Positions 7,459 through 11,539 of a stretch of 11,539 bases of DNA are shown here, in pieces. This DNA comes from an uncultured archaeon (lineage in GTDB: Archaea > Asgardarchaeota > Thorarchaeia > Thorarchaeales > Thorarchaeaceae): NCBI GenBank assembly GCA_964590575.1, contig CAZPWM010000102.1, forward strand, positions 1 to 11,539, read 5' to 3'. The position numbers and the translations under genes are program-made. Every line of letters starts with the position of its first letter. Position 1 is the first letter of the stretch. Under the pieces are notes generated by a model. The model was not told where the DNA came from, ran no database searches, and saw only the letters and a list, made by a program, of their open reading frames with translations.

Positions 7459-7530
7459 GAACTGATGGGGTCGGGTTAACAGGGAGCTTTTCCCTTGCCT
7501 GAAACTGTTGAGCACCCTTTTCATTTTTAG
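7459..7530 (+). repeat. Cassette-boundary repeat copy R8 (type B)
   Basis: GAACTGATGGGGTCGGGTTAACAGGGAGCTTTTCCCTTGCCTGAAACTGTTGAGCACCCTTTTCATTTTTAG. Confidence 0.92.
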
Positions 7531-7605
7531 GAAACGCTGATACCTCAGTACAGGCTTTTTGTAATTGCAAAACGAAAGTCTAATATTACTCATGACTCCA
7601 TCCAA

Positions 7606-7649
7606 TTATGAATCATGATGCATTAGAAATATCAGAACATGATTCGTAA
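7606..7649. promoter_or_regulatory. Inverted repeat upstream of the ferritin-like gene
   Basis: TTATGAATCATG (7606-7617) and CATGATTCGTAA (7638-7649): 12-bp arms, one mismatch, 20-nt spacer. Confidence 0.4.
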
Positions 7650-7672
7650 CTCTATAATAAGAAGTGTTGACA

Positions 7673-8173
7673 ATGGGAAGGAAAGGAACTGAAATAGTCA
7701 AAGCCAAGCTTGATGTCGATAATCTACTAAAACTACTAAACAAAGCATTTGCAGACGAGTGGTTAGCGTATTACCAGTACTGGGTTGGTGCAAAGATAGT
7801 CCAAGGGCCAATGAGAGGTCTCTTGGAGTCAGAACTAATGGAACATGCTGGTGATGAGCTTAGACACGCTGGGCTGCTGGTGGAGAGAATGATTCAGTTA
7901 GGTGGAACTCCTTTGATTAAGCCAGAGGATTGGTATAAGGAAACAAATTGTGGATATGAAACCCCATCAGATCCATCGGTTCGTGCGTTACTAGTCCAGA
8001 ATATCAAGGGAGAACAATGTGCAATAGAGGTCTATAACAAACTGGTTGAGATGACTGAGGGAAAGGATCCAATCACTCATAAGTTGGTTCTCGAGATTCT
8101 TGCAGATGAGGTTGAGCATGAAGAAGATCTTGAGGCTATTCTTGAGGATCTAAAAACACTTACCTCCAAGTAA
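7673..8173 (+). CDS. Ferritin-like protein, DPS-like (DPSL)/bacterioferritin-related
   Basis: Di-iron ligands ADEWLAYYQY, DELRHA, GEQCAI..Y, DEVEHEEDL; two cysteines (TNCGY, EQCA) as in DPSL 'thioferritin' proteins; ATG 7673 preferred over GTG 7664. Confidence 0.88.
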   Translation: MGRKGTEIVKAKLDVDNLLKLLNKAFADEWLAYYQYWVGAKIVQGPMRGLLESELMEHAGDELRHAGLLVERMIQLGGTPLIKPEDWYKETNCGYETPSDPSVRALLVQNIKGEQCAIEVYNKLVEMTEGKDPITHKLVLEILADEVEHEEDLEAILEDLKTLTSK

Positions 8174-8272
8174 GACTCAAAGAAACCTTAGGAATCCCGC
8201 TATCTATTTCCTAGTCAATCATTTAGTTGGCTTTCTATATATCATCCAAAAACTGACTAATTACGTTAGGTA

Positions 8273-9286
8273 TTAGAGGTGATGATTTCTTTTAACGCTC
8301 GTATTACTAAGTTCATAAAAAACATCATGTCCAACACGTCTTGTTTTGACGTATTCATTATTTTTTAGCTTATTCAATATGGAGATAACAATAGAAGACA
8401 TGACCCCCAACGAAATACAAATGTCGGAAATTCTACATGGTCTGCGTTTCAGAAGCTCCAATAATTCATGCTCAAGAACATGATGTGCTTTCCATTTCAC
8501 ATCCTTATTCCTAGCATCATGAATCCCATATATCCACAATCTCTCTGAACCAAGATGACCCTCAAGGTCCCGTCCAAACTCTAGTAGGGTTTTGTTTGGT
8601 ACCGGCTTGACTGTTCGTACAGCTGCAGGACGCCATGGTGTATAGATTTGAACGACATCGGGGTCCACTTCAATAATGCCATCTATAAGGGCTCTCCTTG
8701 GAGGGCCCTCCACATTCGTCAGACCGCTTGAATCTCTGAGTAACATGACCTCAAGTGCCAACATACCTTTCATTTCACTATGGATCTGTTTGATTCCATC
8801 TTGAATCTCATGAAGCTTGAATGTACCCTTCGCAGGACGGTTGATGCGTTTGAAAGTGTCCTCGTCCCCTGCATCATACTTTGCTGTTATAATATCAAAA
8901 TCCTTGATTCTTTTACGGACTTCTTTTCTCGGGAGTAAGGATGCATTTGTAAGAAGAACTATTGGCAATTCTTCTACAATATCACGGATTTCAGATTCAA
9001 TCAATCCGATATTCGGATTTAGAGTGGGTTCTCCAGTCCCTGAGAAAGTTAAAACATCAACAGTTTTCTGGTCCAATCTTTCTAGGGTCCTCTTAACATC
9101 CAGAATTATATCCTTGGTTGGTGGAATTTCATTCTGAACATCCTTCGGAGATGTTACATGTTTCTCAGTGAAACCAAGTTGACAATAAACGCAATTGAAG
9201 GTACACTTCTTTGGTGGTGTTGTTATGTCTACCCCCAAGGAACGTCCATAACGCCATGAGGCCACTGGACCATATGTGTATGTCAT
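8273..9286 (-). CDS. Radical SAM Fe-S oxidoreductase (COG0731-like) with probable C-terminal HTH-like extension
   Basis: YGPVASWRYGRSLGVD N-terminus, CTFNCVYC (CxxxCxxC), TFSGTGEPTL, LLTNASL; start MTYTY at 9286. Confidence 0.9.
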   Translation of the reverse strand: MTYTYGPVASWRYGRSLGVDITTPPKKCTFNCVYCQLGFTEKHVTSPKDVQNEIPPTKDIILDVKRTLERLDQKTVDVLTFSGTGEPTLNPNIGLIESEIRDIVEELPIVLLTNASLLPRKEVRKRIKDFDIITAKYDAGDEDTFKRINRPAKGTFKLHEIQDGIKQIHSEMKGMLALEVMLLRDSSGLTNVEGPPRRALIDGIIEVDPDVVQIYTPWRPAAVRTVKPVPNKTLLEFGRDLEGHLGSERLWIYGIHDARNKDVKWKAHHVLEHELLELLKRRPCRISDICISLGVMSSIVISILNKLKNNEYVKTRRVGHDVFYELSNTSVKRNHHL

Positions 9287-9328
9287 AGTTACACACATAC
9301 CTCTTCATTGTTCACATCTGTAGGCATC

Positions 9329-9616
9329 TCACTCCTGTTTTTGAATCTCTGACAAACGCTTCTCGACATTCTTTAGACTATCCTGAAGATTCCTGATTTG
9401 CTCTTCAAGAAGCCCTTTCTGACTCTGCAGAGCTTGCAGATCAGCACCTGTCGAAAATGCGGGGAATGCAGCGCCAACGCTTGGACGATATCCCATATAC
9501 CAACAAGAACCGCGTCCATAGAGCCAGCCGGGTCTCTCCCAAGGCGGTAAGTTTCTGAATGGCCCGTTTCCTGGCCATTGACCGCGACTGCCTGAGCGTC
9601 CATATCCTCCTCTCAC
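9329..9616 (-). CDS. DUF5320-like small protein (Gly/Arg-rich N-terminus, C-terminal coiled coil)
   Basis: GGAGGTGA SD before the GTG start; RGGYGRSGSRG N-terminus and LQALQSQKGLLEEQIRNLQDSLKNVEKRLSEI heptad coil; such proteins often neighbour Mrp/P-loop Fe-S genes. Confidence 0.7.
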   Translation of the reverse strand: MRGGYGRSGSRGQWPGNGPFRNLPPWERPGWLYGRGSCWYMGYRPSVGAAFPAFSTGADLQALQSQKGLLEEQIRNLQDSLKNVEKRLSEIQKQE

Positions 9617-9640
9617 TTATCTTCACCTCCTTCCTTCTTT

Positions 9641-10465
9641 TCACATCCCAATTTTATTGCTGAGCTGTTCAACAACTTGACCAAAAGCCTTGGCAGCCTT
9701 GGAGTCTGGATCCTCCACTACAAATGGAGTCCCTTTGTCAGAGAGGCTTATAATTCTAGGATCTAACGGCAAAGAGCCCAGATGATGAACTCCTAACTCA
9801 TCCGCCGCCTTCTGAGTCACTCCCTCCCCGAATAACTTGGTGGACTCTCCACAATGTGGACATACGTACTCACTCATATTTTCAATGATCCCTAAGATTG
9901 GTACTCCCATCCTCTGAACAAGCCGAATTGCTCTACGCGCATCAAGCACAGCCACCTCCTGCGGGGTTGATACAATAACAACACCATCAATCTCGGGAAT
10001 GGACTGGAGAATACTTAGGATTTCATCGCCTGTGCCAGGAGGAAGATCAACTATAATGATATCTAGCTCTCCCCACTTGACCTCGCTCAAGAACTGTTGA
10101 ATGGCTTTTCCAACAAGTGGTCCTCTCCACGCAACAGCATCATCAGCATTTTGAAGAAGAAATCCCATGCTCATCACTTTGAGATCAAGAGGACCTCTTA
10201 TCGGAATGATTGCATTATTCTCTACTTGAGGATGTTTTCCTTCTAATCCCAATAGTTTCGGCACATTTGGACCATAGATGTCAACATCAAGGATACCTGA
10301 TTTCAAACCCCTCTTTGCGAACGACACAGCCAAGTTCGTAGCAACTGTAGTCTTCCCAACTCCGCCTTTTCCTGAGAGTACAACAATCTTATGTTTCACA
10401 TCCTTCATATTCTCTCTAATTTCAGGAGAAACCATATCCTTAGCTTTTGAATCAGCTTTGGTCAT
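9641..10465 (-). CDS. mrp: Mrp/NBP35 (ApbC) family Fe-S cluster carrier ATPase
   Basis: VLSGKGGVGKTT, DVDIYGPN, WRGP, DLPPGTGD, VSTPQ, GIIENMS..CPHC motifs. Confidence 0.95.
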   Translation of the reverse strand: MTKADSKAKDMVSPEIRENMKDVKHKIVVLSGKGGVGKTTVATNLAVSFAKRGLKSGILDVDIYGPNVPKLLGLEGKHPQVENNAIIPIRGPLDLKVMSMGFLLQNADDAVAWRGPLVGKAIQQFLSEVKWGELDIIIVDLPPGTGDEILSILQSIPEIDGVVIVSTPQEVAVLDARRAIRLVQRMGVPILGIIENMSEYVCPHCGESTKLFGEGVTQKAADELGVHHLGSLPLDPRIISLSDKGTPFVVEDPDSKAAKAFGQVVEQLSNKIGM

Positions 10466-10521
10466 TTATGACACCTTCTCAAGATTGTTTCCAAATATTA
10501 CTCGTAATTGGAACAACCCTG

Positions 10522-10551
10522 TTTTATAATGAATCAAGATTCATTATAAAA
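10522..10551. promoter_or_regulatory. Perfect palindrome, candidate operator of the mrp operon
   Basis: TTTTATAATGAATC-AA-GATTCATTATAAAA: perfect 14-bp arms with TATA-like TTTTATAA on both strands, 57 bp upstream of the mrp start. Confidence 0.7.
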
Positions 10552-10602
10552 TCAACGGTGCGACAAAAAGTAGGACAGCATGTTTCTAAGGTATATTTTG
10601 AA

Positions 10603-10671
10603 AGACTCAAGGGTTAAGTGAACCAGGAACGACTATTTCCTGATACTGATGAGCACTATTTCATTCTACAA
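10603..10671 (+). repeat. Degenerate cassette-boundary repeat copy R9 (type B-like)
   Basis: AGACTCAAGGGTTAAGTGAACCAGGAACGACTATTTCCTGATACTGATGAGCACTATTTCATTCTACAA aligns colinearly with R5/R8 with many substitutions. Confidence 0.7.
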
Positions 10672-10721
10672 TTTTAGCTGGTCATCAGATTTTTATTAAG
10701 CGGCAGTATTTTTTATTCACA

Positions 10722-11129
10722 ATGTCCACTTCTGAAAACATGAATCAACCTGCTCATTCAAATGAACAATTAATGTTGTTTGAAGGAATAATAATTGGAA
10801 TCTATGGTAATTGGTTGATCACGCTTATTCAGCTAATCACATTCACATCTGCTCTGATTGTTCCTCAGATTATTCTGACTTTGGTGTCTTTACTAAGTCT
10901 AGTTCTCCTATTAGCACTTGGTGTTTTCGGAGGAAAATTCGAGAATCACTATGTTGTATTGGCACTGGCTTTTCTTCATTATTTTCCTCTATGTATCACT
11001 CTTGCACTTGAACGTCTTCTAATTCAGGATGCATTTTTCTTGGTGATTGGTGCTATCCTCTTTTTCATGATTTATATGGCCGAACATACACGCGCAAGAG
11101 CATCTGAACGAGCAAGACGTAGAAACTGA
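10722..11129 (+). CDS. Hypothetical membrane protein (~4 TM helices)
   Basis: 135-aa ORF with four hydrophobic segments and a basic C-tail; no family recognised. Confidence 0.7.
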   Translation: MSTSENMNQPAHSNEQLMLFEGIIIGIYGNWLITLIQLITFTSALIVPQIILTLVSLLSLVLLLALGVFGGKFENHYVVLALAFLHYFPLCITLALERLLIQDAFFLVIGAILFFMIYMAEHTRARASERARRRN

Positions 11130-11213
11130 ATTCATTATTAATTTCAAATTACAAGGAACTTGAGTGCAACTGATATAAGCAGTTGCAGAACCTGTTCAAA
11201 TGTAGTGTAGGCT

Positions 11214-11539
11214 ATGACGCAAGTGTTCTGGTCTGAGGAAATAGATCAGCTACTTACTTCACTAGATACAGGAATATCTGGCTTAACTTCAGACCAAGCA
11301 AAAGCAAGACTTCTTTCATATGGACCTAACAGACTCAAACCCAAGAAACGAACTGACTCGCTTTCACTTCTCTTGCGTCAATTCAAAAGCCCAATAATAT
11401 TGATTCTTTTGTTTTCTGCGACTCTTGCACTATTAGCAAGCGATAACATTGATGGATTGATAATTATCATTATCGTTCTTCTGAGTAGCACTCTTGGATT
11501 TTGGCAAGAACGGACAACCACGAACGCTATTGAGCAATT
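11214..11539 (+). CDS. mgtA: Cation-transporting P-type ATPase, probably Mg2+-translocating (3' truncated)
   Basis: Not in the ORF track because it runs off the window. My translation: MTQVFWSEEIDQLLTSLDTGISGLTSDQAKARLLSYGPNRL...LLRQFKSPIILIL...IVLLSSTLGFWQE, a Cation_ATPase_N signature (GLT...RL..YGPN, QFKSP, FWQE). Mg2+ specificity is a best guess. Confidence 0.8.
   Translation, partial: MTQVFWSEEIDQLLTSLDTGISGLTSDQAKARLLSYGPNRLKPKKRTDSLSLLLRQFKSPIILILLFSATLALLASDNIDGLIIIIIVLLSSTLGFWQERTTTNAIEQ

Noticed and set aside
7466-7517. Cobalamin riboswitch (GGGTTAACAGGGA resembles the AANAGGGAA motif)
   Set aside because: Lacks the following CGGTG..AA.TCCG, GCCCCCGC and B12-box elements, and position relative to genes is inconsistent.
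1049-7530. Simple intrinsic terminators (stem plus T-tract)
   Set aside because: T-tracts may terminate plus-strand transcripts, but R5, R8 and R9 lie between divergently transcribed genes, and 29-bp identity between copies is not expected of ordinary terminators.
8172-8200. Repeat remnant after the ferritin gene (AAGACTCAA, AGAAACCTTAGGAA)
   Set aside because: Only short matches to repeat lead-in sequences, with none of the conserved core; could be chance.
10646-10656. Hammerhead ribozyme core CTGATGAG
   Set aside because: It is a one-base variant of the repeat's CTGTTGAG, with no matching stem II/GAAA arrangement.
1049-10671. CRISPR array
   Set aside because: Repeats are ~70 bp and divergent, separated by 0.6-3 kb of gene-containing DNA rather than 30-45 bp spacers; no cas genes.

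Overview
Archaeal-looking window (GGTGA-type Shine-Dalgarno motifs, TATA boxes, archaeal VapB/RelE-type TA pairs; an Asgard/Thorarchaeia-like source is my inference only). The main structure is not in the ORF track: about nine copies of a ~70-bp structured direct repeat (approx. AGRCT-N-GGGGT...AAC-hairpin-YTGTTGAGCACCCTTT..TTTTRCA), all on the same strand. The copies cut 1049-10671 into 0.66-1.5 kb units of 1-2 genes plus one 3.1 kb unit. The cargo is typical of gene cassettes: VapBC, RelE-type TA, three divergent ICMT/PEMT-family membrane methyltransferases, a SAM methyltransferase, a GNAT, an alpha/beta hydrolase and a DPSL-type ferritin. It resembles an integron-like cassette array with non-canonical (short, AAC...GTTRRRY-containing) sites, but no recombinase is in the window. 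Also present: TauE + rhodanese on the left, an mrp/nbp35-DUF5320-like-radical SAM operon with a perfect palindromic operator candidate, a small membrane protein, and the 5' end of a P-type (MgtA-like) ATPase on the right.
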